This document shows, piece after piece, positions 13,501 through 24,627 of a stretch of 64,000 nt of DNA. The stretch comes from Macrostomum lignano (lineage: Eukaryota). The notes beneath the pieces were generated by a model that was not told the origin of the DNA, searched no databases, and was given only the letters and a program-made list of their open reading frames with translations. Position 1 is the stretch's first letter. The number at the start of each line of letters is the position of its first letter. The translations under genes were made by a program, and so were the position numbers. The DNA lies in the NCBI GenBank assembly GCA_002269645.1, contig NIVC01002201.1, positions 1-64,000 on the forward strand. Reading direction: 5' to 3'.

Positions 13501-15773
13501 TGAATGACAAGGGAGTGAATCAAAGAGGGAATCAGAGAGGCACTGAATGACAGGGAGGGAATCAGAGAGGCACTGAATGACAAGGGAGGGAATCAGAGAG
13601 GCACTGAATGACAAGGAAAGGAATCAGAGAGGCATTGAATGACAAGGAAAGGAATCAGAGAGGCACTGAATGACAAGGGAGGGAATCGAAGAGGGAATCA
13701 GAGAGGCACTGAATGACAAGGGAGGGAATCAGAGAGGGAATCAGAGAGGCACTGAAAGACAAGGGAGGAAATCAGAGAGATGCAAAATGATCTGCAAGGA
13801 AAAAATCTAATTAGTCAAACGGAATTACGAAATCCGCCATCATGGCATCTTAGTCTTACCGTTTAGGCGGGAGCGCCCCTTCGGATCGACGCGTCCGACG
13901 TCCAAGCGGCGATTTCGGCTGCTTCCGCGACTGCTGAACAGCGGGCTGCCCGGCGCAGAAATTGTGCAACAGCAAAGCCCGGCCGATGCGGTCTAGGCCA
14001 CGCGGCATCTGCTCAGCTAGCCGTTGCGCTTCAGCGTAGGCGTAGCCATTATCGCCGATGTCTTCGACGCCATCGTCAACAGCGTCGGCTGGTGTGACGG
14101 CTCGAGCCATCGGGGCTGGCGGCGATTCACGATAGCCGGGCAGCGGCAGCCGGGCCGTCGGGTTGGCTGACGTTGCGGCCGCTGACAGGTGCGGCGGGTG
14201 CAGAGTGCCCAAAATTGGCCCCAGGCCTGGCCATGCGGCTGACCCGGTCCTCCAGGGACGAGGCCGCGTCTCGAACTGCGCACCACCTGTTCAAAGTGTC
14301 AACTGACGGCTGCTGCTGCCTGTACTGCAACTGCGGAGACTGCCAGTTATAATTGTCATCATTATCATCTATATTATCGTCTGTTTCAACATCCGGACTG
14401 TCGCTGCCGCTGCCGATGCTATTAGCAACTGCTGTTCTGCGCAACTGCGGCTGCGGCTGCTGCTGTACACGCAATTGAGGCTTCTTTCTAGCCTGCGGCA
14501 TCGGCTTCTCTGACGGTTGCTGCTGCTGCTCCTCTTGTGGTTCAGCAACAATTTCTACAGTGGCTAAAGGAGCCGGAGCAGATCTTCGAGTAGCTGCGCC
14601 AGACGGCTTGCCGCCGCCAGCAACGGCTTCCAATTGTCGCTGGCGCAAGTCTTTGAGCTTCTGTTGCAGCGCCGCGGCTTCGGCTGCACGCTGACGCTCA
14701 GCTTCGATTTTAGCCTGCCTTCGGCGCTCCTTCTGCTGCTGCAGGTATTCTTTGATTTTCTCCTGATCGTATGGCCGGCTGCGCTGCTGCTGCTGCTGGG
14801 GTGACGATTGATCAGCCGCAGGCGGCTGCGACGGCGGCGGCGCAGGCCGCGGATGCGGACGTACAGTGGCGGTCTCTGCAAAAGATAACAATAGAATATG
14901 ATCAGGTGAAAGTCTATATGTAGTGTAATTAAGTTAGGAAAGGCTAAAAAGCTTTTTAAGAGCTGTTCTTTAATTTTAAAATTGAACAGGAAACGCACGT
15001 GATGAATATTAATTAACAAAACACATTAATTCAATCGAAAAAAGTTGGAATGCTTTAAACAGACATCAAAATTAGCTGAAGAATAAATGCGCGCCTGATT
15101 TATACCGAACATACCCTTAATAGTAAGTAAGTACCTTTATCATCTATATCAATAGTTAGCGAAACACTACAGTTCTAGTTTAGCTGAACCAGTTAATAAA
15201 TACGAGTAGTACGAGCCATAGTGGAACACAAACCTGCTACAGTCGCTGTAGCCGTTTCTGATTGGTGAATTTTTAATGGATAATAAAGATATAATCAACT
15301 TGGCAATAGGGCACTGAATCTTATTACACCAATCATAATGAATTACGTCTTACTTTTTCCCGATGACTCTGTCTGCTGCTGCTGAGGCGGCGACGACTTT
15401 GGCAGTGGAGGCGCCGGGCCCAGCTCCCGCTGGGTGAGCTCGAGGCCCCTTCGCCAGTCGCTGGGCGTCACCGCGCGAGCTCGCCGAGATGCGGTCGCGG
15501 ATGTCGCTGTTCCTGTTTCGTCTTGTTTGACGGCTGTCGCAGCTGCTGATGGCGACTGCTGGTGTTGTTGCTGATTATGCTGGCTCTGATGCTGACCCGG
15601 CGTTGAAAATCCCGGATACGATTTTGGCGCCGGAGCTGGCGCCACTTTTCGCGTCTTTTTAGGCGGCGCCGGAGAGAATTTAAATTGTTCAGCGTCGCGA
15701 GCTTGCTGTTTGCGAACGCGTTCGCGCAGCTGTTCGAGCTCGTCTTCGAACTGGACGGCTCGCTGGCGGCCGC
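3000..15773 (-). CDS. CEP350: CEP350-like centrosome-associated protein, spliced, 5'-incomplete (whole-gene model)
   Basis: Exons joined with consistent splice phases: 15354-15773, 13860-14875, 12617-13157, 11618-11935, 10636-10785, 9436-10130, 6370-6929, 3582-6073, 3000-3155. Total 6348 nt, about 2115 codons plus one extra nt. Motifs in the order I recall for CEP350: RKVAPAPAPKSYPGF, YDQEKIKEYLQQQ, LSPASLERMFQVELQFYDSLEESHRQLTELDR, DVSEYESRIKALSHQL, and C-terminal DRVDQVLVEELRQEEPGWVDYEVDETEAKLKVADEVL (DUF4378-like). Confidence 0.85.
3221..3490. repeat. 46-bp minisatellite in the last CEP350 intron
   Basis: Unit CAGTGACTTCCGGTCAGTCTGTGGGTGTTCAACTATAGGCGACAGT, about 6 copies. Confidence 0.95.
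3582..6073 (-). CDS. CEP350: CEP350-like large exon (coiled coil plus acidic/Ser-rich region)
   Basis: Contains the 846-aa ORF. Acceptor TTTGCAG at 6074-6080; donor CAG|GTAATT at 3582/3581. Phases match both neighbours. Confidence 0.9.
6081..6182. repeat. 23-bp minisatellite abutting a splice acceptor
   Basis: Unit GATGGTAGCCAGATGGTATATCA, about 4.5 copies. Confidence 0.93.
6370..6929 (-). CDS. CEP350: CEP350-like exon
   Basis: Within ORF 6296-7156. Acceptor AAACAG at 6930-6935; donor G|GTGAGG at 6370/6369. Confidence 0.85.
7020..7300. repeat. Dispersed repeat, copy 1 (TE-derived, family unknown)
   Basis: Shares collinear blocks with 25893-26140, e.g. GGGTTGYGGGCRCCCTGGCGCAACGCCTTCGG, AGGCACGCACTCA and TGTACACTCTCTGCGCC. 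Confidence 0.7.
8218..9358. repeat. Mixed 17/15-bp minisatellite
   Basis: CCACTGACTGTGGTGTT interspersed with CCACTGACTGGGATT. Confidence 0.97.
9436..10130 (-). CDS. CEP350: CEP350-like exon
   Basis: Extends ORF 9399-10061 upstream in frame. Acceptor CACACAG; donor AG|GTTGGT (phase 2, matches the next exon). Confidence 0.8.
10215..10525. repeat. (CTAT)n / (ATCA)n-based simple repeat
   Basis: CTAT tetramers within a CTGTCTACGTATCTATCTATCTATA-like unit, then (ATCA)n. Confidence 0.92.
10636..10785 (-). CDS. CEP350: CEP350-like 150-nt exon with GC donor
   Basis: Acceptor TTTGTAG. 50 open codons (DATQTAATSTPKPSRT...QQQQRNDAK). Donor AAG|GCAAGC, phase 0. Confidence 0.7.
11177..11430. repeat. 21-bp minisatellite
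   Basis: Unit AATCTGTCTGTACTAGCCAAG, about 12 copies. Confidence 0.96.
11618..11935 (-). CDS. CEP350: CEP350-like exon (conserved helical motif)
   Basis: Reads GRLSPASLERMFQVELQFYDSLEESHRQLTELDRHRQVAQSNQETVALAQVLKA. Acceptor CTCGCCAG (an alternative in-frame CAG lies 6 nt downstream); donor AAG|GTTCTA. Confidence 0.85.
11965..12540. repeat. 21-22-bp minisatellite
   Basis: Unit GATTCTTAAAGGGATTGGGGGC, degenerate at both ends. Confidence 0.92.
12617..13157 (-). CDS. CEP350: CEP350-like exon
   Basis: Acceptor CGCCCAG; open frame YNLLHTLEHESADPFAFRAVYNR continuing into ORF 12482-13045; donor CAG|GTGGGT. Confidence 0.85.
13180..13790. repeat. 31-bp purine-rich minisatellite
   Basis: Unit GAATCAGAGAGGCACTGAATGACAAGGGAGG, with 12-bp sub-duplications. 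Confidence 0.95.
13860..14875 (-). CDS. CEP350: CEP350-like exon containing an apparent +1 frameshift near 14225
   Basis: Acceptor TTTTGCAG; donor CG|GTAAGA. ORF 14127-14891 and ORF 13856-14212 overlap in different frames; the exon is one nt too long for its flanking phases. Confidence 0.75.
15354..15773 (-). CDS. CEP350: CEP350-like most 5' visible exon
   Basis: Acceptor ACCCCAG at 15774-15780. Reads GRQRAVQFEDELEQLRERVRKQQ...KKTRKVAPAPAPKSYPGF. Donor A|GTAAGA. Confidence 0.85.
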
Positions 15774-15789
15774 CTGGGGTGGGCCAGAG

Positions 15790-16305
15790 GTGGTGGAGCA
15801 GTGTTATGCAAGGTGATGGTGAGGCAGTGTTATGCAGGGGGATGGTGGGGAAGTGTTATCCAGGGGGATGGTGGGGAAGTGTTATGCAGGGGGATAGGGG
15901 AAGTGTTATGCAAGGGGATAGTGGGGAAGTGTTATGCAGGGGGATGGGGGAAGTGTTATGCAAGGGGATAGTGGGGAAGTGTTATGCAGGGGGATGGTGA
16001 GGCTGTGTTTTGCAGGGGGATGGTGGGGAAGTGTTATGCAAGGGGATAGTGGCGAAGTGTTATGTAGGGGGATGGAGGAGAAGTGTTATGCAAGGGGATG
16101 GTGGGGCAGGGTTATGCAGGGGGTGGTGGGGCAGTGTTATGTAGGGGGATGGTGGGGCAGTGTTATGCAAGAGGATGGTGGGGCAGGGTTATGCAGGGGG
16201 TGGTGGGGCAGTGTTATGTAGGGGGATGGTGGGGCAGTGTTATGCAAGAGGATGGTGGGGCAGGGTTATGCAGGGGGGTGGTGGGGAGTTATGTAGGGGG
16301 ATAGA
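15790..16305. repeat. 26-bp G-rich minisatellite
   Basis: Unit GTGTTATGCAGGGGGATGGTGGGGAA; starts about 15 nt from a splice acceptor. Confidence 0.95.
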
Positions 16306-19300
16306 AGCAAGGAGTAAATTATTTTGCAACATTGTTTAATTTTTATTACAAATTCAAAAAAAAATTAATAGTAATGGGATATTATGCAGATAAGGCAATT
16401 TTTTATAAAATAACTGTAAAGAATTTATTTAAGACAGGCTAGTAAATAACAAACTATTTACCTATTTGGCCAATGTTCTCATCATTTGCAATTTGATAAC
16501 GTACCCGTGACATCTGATGTTAACATGCAATAAATTGAGTATTGCCATTTACAAATAAGTAAAAAATGATTAGGCTTATTACTATTGAACCTAACATTAA
16601 AAATGATATGAATATAACAAATTTAATTGGCCTCTATATATTATAAGTATTAAACTAAGCACTAGCTATCTAAACTTGATACCAAATTTATAAAACCTTT
16701 ATCTTCTAAAATATAGATAGCCACAGGTATTTTATATGTTATAAATATTTTAACATTCTTTTTTGGTTTAGGAAATAGAGACAACTGTTTATTGGCTATT
16801 ATATCTATACCTATTTGTTTACTAATGAAAAATGTAAACAAATAATAATATATAATATAAAATAATAATATAAAATTATTTAATATTTAAGTTTAATATA
16901 AGTTCAATATCTAGTTACAAAATGATTTCGAATCCAAGTCAAGATATTGTTTTTTCTAAAAAAGAAAATTTTGCCAAAAAATAGTATGTATGACATCCAA
17001 AGTCAAATTTAAAGATATAAATTAGAAACTCAGGATGCTATAAGCACAAAATACCTATTCTATTATTGTATAAAAATTATCTATCTTTAAAACTATGTAT
17101 GGAGATAATTTTTGTCCAATGGGTATCTCACAATGAGTAGAATACTTCAGACAACTTTTAGTTTATGTGGGTCATTCTTGTTGCCCTATTAGTATTATGC
17201 TTTAATTTTACAGCAGCTATACTTTTATAATAGTGTTACTTAAGTATATTTTTGTACAGCTAATCATTTAGAATCAATGATAATCTTTTAGCAGCCTTGG
17301 AAATGCCAGTTAACAATTAAAAGAAAAGATAACAGAACAATAAATGGATTGAATTTGATAGATGGACCAATGCACAAGATTTTAAATAACTTGATTTTTA
17401 GAATGCATTACTTTTTTTGTGCTGCATGAACATTAAAATAAAAAAATGGCCTTCAAACTTTTTTCTACAAATCAGGAATGTAGTGTCCTGATGTATTGCT
17501 ATGCTAGTTATCCTTGTTAGAAAACTTTCGAGGAGTTGTTAAAGGATGCTTATTGTTTTGAAAGTGCCTTGTTCTAATCTAGCATTAGTAGTTACCAACA
17601 ATTACTTTAATTCTATGATTCTATGATGCTTAAACATGCTTTAACTTAAAGAGCAACAACCATACAAACTAGGATCATCTCTTTTTTACCTTTTTATAAT
17701 TGTAGTACAAGTATTTTGGTGAAAGTTTTGTGCTTTAAAGAAATATTTAGTGCTAAATTGGCTATTTTTGGCACATAAAAATTTATTTTAAGTACCAGAG
17801 GACTGGATTTATAAAAAAGTAGGCCTAACTTCCATTACCCAAGTCTGGCATTCTGAAAAAAAGAACCGGAAAAAATTGCTGCTTTGAAAAAAGTAGGGCC
17901 TAACTTCTAGTACTAAAAGTGCCAGAACTTTGCCCAGTACTGGCTATAGCCTATGTGGAAATAAAATAAAGGTCTAAAGCATGTCTTATTTAACTTGGTA
18001 TTTTTTTCTGAGACTTTGTCGCTTTGTGACTGTCTTTAGGAGCAGTCTCATTTTAGATTTAAAAAATATAAAAATATCTCTGATATTACAATACATAAAC
18101 TAACTAACTGATGTAAGAATTAAAAAAATAACTCTAAGTTAAAGTGTATTCATTTTAAAAGAACTACAGAAATTAATTCAGCTTACAGCTTTAAAACAAA
18201 AAATTAAAATTAGGCAATTTAGCCTAGCTTTTTCTCAATTTAAAATTGACAAGATTGAGATACAAATGTCAGCTCCTGGACACTTCGTCATCTAACCATG
18301 TTGTCATCTTGATGACAAAGTGACCATGGTTTTTGGACGCTTCGTCATATCAAAGAATTGTTAGTAAATCTAGATGACAAAGTGACCAAATTTTGAGAAC
18401 ACTTCGTCATCCCAAGATTTAGCAAGGCTATAAATTGTTATTTGATTGTTATTGTTATAAATTGTTACTCAATTAATTTAGTCTGTAAAATATAGGATTA
18501 AATACACAACTTAGAGATTCAACTTGTTGCTATAATTGGCATCCAATGTACACAATGTATATGCAGTTTGCATACACACGCTTCAATGTACGAGTACATA
18601 CATGTAGATACTAGTGCTCATTGTAATTTTATTCTATGTTCAAACTTGCCAAGCTCTAATAATTATTTTTGCTTCCTTGCTAAAGCCTAAAATTAATTGG
18701 CATTATCACTTCTGCAACCCAGGGGAGGCAACAAAGTATGTGGCCATGGATTTCTCCTTGCTCCACCTGCAGGGACTTAACCAACCCTTCACACGCATAT
18801 AGTCTGAGCTAGAGCATTTTCACCCCCTAAATAAATGTGCTAAGCCGTACATGCATTTGTGTCTATGAGTTGCAATGTGCCAATTCTCCAACCAACTAAC
18901 CACAGTGGCGGATCCAAGAGGGGTGCAGGTGCAGAGATGGTCCCTTTACCCCTCAAGACTGAAGTGGCCAGCCTACTCCTACCCAGAATTTTATAATAAA
19001 TATGGTGCATGAAATCATATATGAGAAGCAAATACATGTAAGAAACAGCTAGTTTATAAGTGAAAATGGCAGACATTTGCATTTTTGCCAAGAGCCAGTT
19101 AGCACAAAATAGCAAGTGCTTCAATGTGATGTTTGTCAGCAATGGAGGCATTATCAGTTAATTTTCAGTTAACTTTAATGAAATTAGGAGTTAATAAGTT
19201 AGGATTTTTTTGTTTTAATGCTAACGCTTTTGCCATTAACGGAAGTTAAGATTTTCATTAATGGTGCCCAACACTAGAAGCAGATTAAAGAGATTTTAAT

Positions 19301-22074
19301 TGTCTTCTTTCCAGACAATTTTGAATCTTTAGGCAAAAACGCGATCAAAATCGGTGAAGAATTGCAAGCTCTAAAGCATTATGAACATACTGTACAGGGC
19401 CCCTCCCGATTTCTTTATAAAATAGTCACCGTTTGGTCAATTTGAATTCATGCCAAAACTAAGAAAGATATTTTGTTTTAATACTCATATTTTCTATAAT
19501 ATTTTGAGCTAACGAATTTTTGTTTAAAACTGTAGCAAATTTTATAGTATAAATAGAAGCAATTTTGGCAGAGAGAGAACCAACCTCGCGCACCGCGGTT
19601 CACTAACAAAATAGTTGATAACAAATAGTAAGAGTTCCGAGAAAATAAGAATTAAAGAAGTGTTTTCTGTGTTAATTCCTTTTAAGAAGTAAGAGTGAAA
19701 TAGACTGAAACGTATACAGTACATACTATTGAGAAGCAGCAATATTGAGTAATAAGAATATACGAAGTAGATCTGAAGTAATACAAGTAAGAATAACTGG
19801 AGGCTGTGACCCTCTGATCTTGGTAATGCCTAGGATTGGAAGTACATGCAATACATAGGGCCTTTTTATTCTAGGCGTCTTATTATTAAAAATCTTGTTT
19901 CGTTTTGTGTCTGGGCTGCTGTGCACTGGGACTATACCTCGTGTCCTCATCATCTCATCTCGAACCCAGCATGCCATTTGGGTTCCTGGACACTTCGTCA
20001 TCTTACCACTTCGTCATCCACTCTTATTGTTGGACACTTCGTCATCTTACCACTTCGTCATCCACATTACTAATGTGGACACTTCGTCATCTACTCCCTG
20101 GACACTTCGTTATCCACTTTTTGTATGAAAAACTTTGCTATATGTAACATGTATACTCATACATGCAATTATATACTCGTAACTATATAATTATATAAAG
20201 ATAAAGATTAAACATTATACATGTATATATATCTACATATAATCACCCTCCTCCTTTCACATTCTGGGCTTGAGACCAGACAATGGCGGAGTTCACAACC
20301 CACAAAGATAGTCGTTAAATACTATAATTCATAGCTACATGTAGGCACAAAGATAAAAAAGTTCACAAAGCACAAAGAGAATATCATTAAGACCTATACA
20401 TTTAAATTACTGCAGAATTAATTCTATCCTTTCCTTCTAAATCTATCTAAATCTCTAATATTTGTTTGTTTATTTGTTTGTATTGTTACAGGCATGTTTC
20501 CTCTTACTGAAATTATCCCACTGTTATGTCACCAAGCTATGCTAGGCCTCTTGGCTCTGTCCTATAAAGTTCTAATTCTTAGCCTTTGCCTAGTCCTTAT
20601 GCTGCCACCAAAGTTGTCAAAGGCATTTTAGCTCTCTCTAGAATTATCCTACTGCTGCAACCAAGTTGTGCTAGGGGTAACTTCTGTCCCTACAAATGAT
20701 TCCACAGCTGTCACTAAAGTTGTCACAGGGCTTAATTTTCTATCTTTATAAATGTTGGTAGCTACTACCAAGACAATATTCTATTAATAAATTATGAGTT
20801 TATAATTCTAATAATAGAGAATAAGTCTGAGAAATGATTCTTGGAATTAGTCTAAGTATATATCCAAGTACTTATCTGAGTATTTATCTGAGCATAAGTC
20901 TGAGTACTTGGTCTATGAATTATTCTTAGAATACTATTTAGCCTTTACAAGTATCATTCTCCTGTTATTTCAGTAGCGTTTACTATTGTTCTGGTAGCGT
21001 TTACTGTTATTCTGGCCTGAGCAGTATATTGGCTTACTAGCATAGGCCTACCAGAATAAATAGAACAGATACTGAGAATCTGAGATCTAGTTAGTTGTAA
21101 TAATAGGCATATAGTCATTATAGATTATGTCTTACGACTTAAGTAATAGAATATTCGAATGTATCAAAATAGTGTAACCTCAGGTTACGACCACAAACAA
21201 GCCACAAGCTTAAAGACAACCCAATATATGAGGGTAATGAGGCGTTGAGACTGAGTGGCCGGCATAGACTAACTAAGGCCAAACTATTTTTAAACGTACG
21301 AAAAGATTAGGAGTTAAAAAAACGAAATTTTAGTACTGCGTAGAGAACTTACTTAAAATATAAACATAAGCAAAAGGCTTAAGTAAGCTTTAAAAAACTA
21401 TAACATAACAAACTTAAACAGCTTAAACATTTTTCTTACTGGCGTCTTAAATAATTTGTTTAGCTAGTTGCTTTCAATGAAATTAACTTTTAATGCTAAT
21501 TCAAGTTACTATCGCTTCGTCAATTTATATTATAGTGTCTCGACTCGAGTCTTACTGGACCGACAACCACAGGTACACAACACAACAAAATACCATAATA
21601 TAGTGAGAACTTAAATTTTGTCATGCAGCATCATGATTGTAACTGTATTATTATTTTTAGAATGTCTTAATTACTTAGTCGTCTGGGCTCTTTTTAATTG
21701 ATTTTGTTAATAAATTATTCTTTGCTGATCTGAGAGCACCATGATGGCCTGATGCCAAATTGCCAGTGGCGTAATCAAAACTCAAAATTAATTATAATAA
21801 AATTATTTATTTTACTGGTGAACTGCCAGTCATATAATTCTTACCCTTTGTTTCTGAGGAGAAACCAAAATTCTTTGCTAATAACTTTTGAACTTTCTAG
21901 CTTGGAAGTTTCAGTTACTAGCAAGTAGGAACTTTCTAGCAAGCAACTTTTATTTTAGCTAACAACTAGATCTATAATTAAATAAACTTTGATACAGTAA
22001 TATAAACTGTAAATAAATAAATAAATGGATTATATACTATAATTGGTTTTAGTTTGTATTTTAGTGTATTTATT

Positions 22075-22520
22075 TTATTGAAGGCAGTTGTTATTGTTAC
22101 GGTGACCATATAAATAGCAAGACAGTTATTTTTACAGTTAACACTTAAACAAATACCACCTAAATGAAGTGACAAACTTGCTATGCAAATAATATGATGT
22201 TTAATTTTTTAAAATAAAGAAATGGCATTAATAAATTATATGATAGTAACTTTTAGTAGTTCTTGTCATGGTAGCTTACTTTAGGTAATTGTTAACTATT
22301 ACATTGTAATTTAACTGAAATTTCTTCCACATGACCGTAGAAATAGCCATTTTGCTTCCTACCTATGGTAACCATAAAAATAACAGTTTTGCTATTGATA
22401 CAGTTATATTAAGTAAAGACCATAGGCGTAGGCCCAGATAGTGTCTTATGTGTTAACTATAAAAATAACCATTTTGTTATTTATACAGTCACCATGATAA
22501 TAACAACTGCCTTTATTGAA
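22075..22520. mobile_element. Foldback/MITE-like element with ~70-bp inverted arms
   Basis: 22075-22144 (AAGGCAGTTGTTATTGTTACGGTGACC...TACAGTTAACAC) is the reverse complement of 22450-22520 at roughly 80% identity by eye. Confidence 0.65.
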
Positions 22521-23137
22521 TGTTGTATCTATGCCCTTAAAATAAATGCTTTAATTAGAGTGTATTAGACTTTTAAATATTAAAATAAGATACTAAACAC
22601 CTTTGACATTATATAAAAATATTATCAAAATAGCTTAAATCAAAATGAATTTTTGTTACAATGTTAATAGAGAAAATTTATTATAGAGTACCCTTTTAAT
22701 GGCTCTTATATTCAAGTAAGAAAGGGATAAAGTATACTTTTGCTTATTTAACTTTTTTATTTGAATGCATATTGCTATTTTAACCAATTTAGAAAATCTA
22801 TCAAATATATGCTCTATATAGTTATCTATGAAAAAATATATACCATATCAATATCAAAATATTATATATATCAAACTTTCTACTTTATAGAGGGAGCTAT
22901 ATTTTGGATAATTATATTGTAATTATAACTATACTAGCATTGGCTATAAGCCAATTAAGGGTTATGGCATAAGGTCACTGGTCAAGACCCTTTAGACCTA
23001 TAAAATTTTTATTTGTTATAAAATTTAGTCATTTGCTAATAAGTAATCATGATTAACACTTACATTCCATTTTATTCTAAATATATTATAATGCATTATA
23101 TAAAAGAAAAATAATAGTATAGTATATAATAAAATAT

Positions 23138-24627
23138 TGTGGCAGCCAGACTATGTGACTGGCAGCACCAGTGCAGCTGCATTGGAACACCCCCTCCAAT
23201 CTCTGTCTAGCTGAAGTGGGATGGGTGCACACCAAGCTAGCTGGCTTGCTAAGCCAAGGGGGTGGCATAGCCTATAATGCCACATCACCTTTTTGCACCT
23301 CCCTAGGCCCCTCAATATTGTGCTATTTTTGTAAATATAAATATATGTGCAAAGCAGGGCAAAATCTTCATTGCCATTCCATCTATTGAAATAAAAAGGC
23401 CTTCTGCCTAATTGGTAAACCTGATGCCCAGTATGAAATGCTGGGCCTACCTGGTTGGCCCTGTGCAGTCCCGGCAGCCAACCACCTTGGCGCTGATTGC
23501 ACCAGCAGCACCACAGCCCAGCAGCACTGCAGCCCAGTAGCACCGCAGCCCAGCAGCCATAGCAATACCCTATGGCCCTATGGCCCAGCAGCCTATGGCC
23601 CAGCCATAGCAGCCATAGTAGGGGTTGTAGCCTAGTAGGGGTTGTAGCCTAGTGGTTAGGGCGTCGGACTCACGACTTGAAGGTCGGGGGTTCGATTCCC
23701 GATCCCTCTGCAACAATTTGTGTCCTTGAGCAAGACACTTAACTCTGCGTTGCTTCAGTTTACCCAGCTGTAAAATGGGTACCAGCATTAGCTGGGGTAA
23801 TTGAGGGTGTGTGTGGCGACCCCCCAGTCCTTGGACTGAACAGCCGTATGCAGCCTTCAGATGCGCCGCGCAATAGCTGCGGCTGAGCTGTCGGTTGCAC
23901 ATCTGCCCATTGGGCAGGTGTAATCAATTATTATTATTATAATACCCTGCAGCACAATGCAGCACATTTGGCCCCCACATTGGACCAACCACTGCCACAC
24001 ACTGCAACTCATTCTAGGCTAGCACTGCACCGCTGTTGCTAGCTTAATGTCCCCAGCCTCTGTGCAGGAGCATCAACCTGGCTCACAGTGGCAACTGACT
24101 GTCGATTGTCTTGGGTGTGGTTGGGCTGCGCTCCTGCTGCCTTTGGTGCCTACCTGGTGCCCTACTGCCTATGGCGCCCGCCTTGCGCCCTTCTGCCTTT
24201 GGTGCCCCTGCTGTCTTTGGCGCCCTGCCATCTTCAGTGCCTTGCTGCCTTTGGCGCCCAGCTAATTTCAGTGCCTGCTCCTCGGCACTCTCGCTGCCTT
24301 CGCTATCAACCAACGTTCAGGGCCTAGCTTGGTTCTAGGGGAAGCTGTGTGGTGGCCAGACTATGCAACCGGCAGCACCAGTGCAGCCGCACTGGAATAC
24401 CCCTCCCAACCTCTGTCTAGCTGAGGTGGGGTGGGTGCGCACCAAGCTAGCTGGCTCGCTAAGCTGGGGGGGGGGGTTGGCATAGCCTATCAGACCCCAC
24501 GCCACCTTTTTGTACCTCCCTAGGCCCTCAATATTGTGCTGTTTATGTAAATATAAATATACATGCAACACAGCGCAAAATCTTTGCTACCATTCCATCT
24601 ATTGAAATAAAAAAGCCTTCTGCCTTG
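23138..24627 (+). mobile_element. Small non-autonomous LTR retroelement (TRIM-like)
   Basis: Direct repeats of about 275 bp at 23138-23411 and 24348-24627 start with TGTGG and contain AATAAA near their ends. TGGT (PBS-like) lies 1 nt after the 5' copy; a purine tract AGGGGAAG precedes the 3' copy. ATAT flanks both ends (4-bp TSD). No recognisable gag/pol inside. Confidence 0.75.
23638..23942 (+). mobile_element. tRNA-derived CORE-SINE nested in the LTR element
   Basis: A box TAGCCTAGTGG (23645-23655) and B box GGTTCGATTCC (23689-23699). The segment TGTGTCCTTGAGCAAGACACTTAACTC...CTGTAAAATGGG (23719-23779) closely follows the MIR/CORE consensus as I recall it. A 3' stem-loop (23899-23921) and a (TTA)n tail follow. 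Confidence 0.85.

Noticed and set aside
14250-14286. 37-nt GT-AG micro-intron as the fix for the CEP350 frameshift
   Set aside because: It restores the frame but has a GC-rich body, no pyrimidine tract, and removes the RWCAVRDAASSLE segment that resembles a conserved CEP350 motif. Not formally excluded.
18600-19150. Relic hAT transposase fragments on the minus strand (…SLASLNIE)
   Set aside because: Many stops and only a few matching residues; cannot be supported without a profile search.
23638-23712. tRNA gene
   Set aside because: A and B boxes are present, but the anticodon and acceptor stems pair poorly and the sequence runs on into a CORE domain and (TTA)n tail, so it is a SINE head.
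23138-24627. Retrozyme (LTR element with a hammerhead ribozyme)
   Set aside because: No CTGANGA...GAAA core on either strand of the LTRs.
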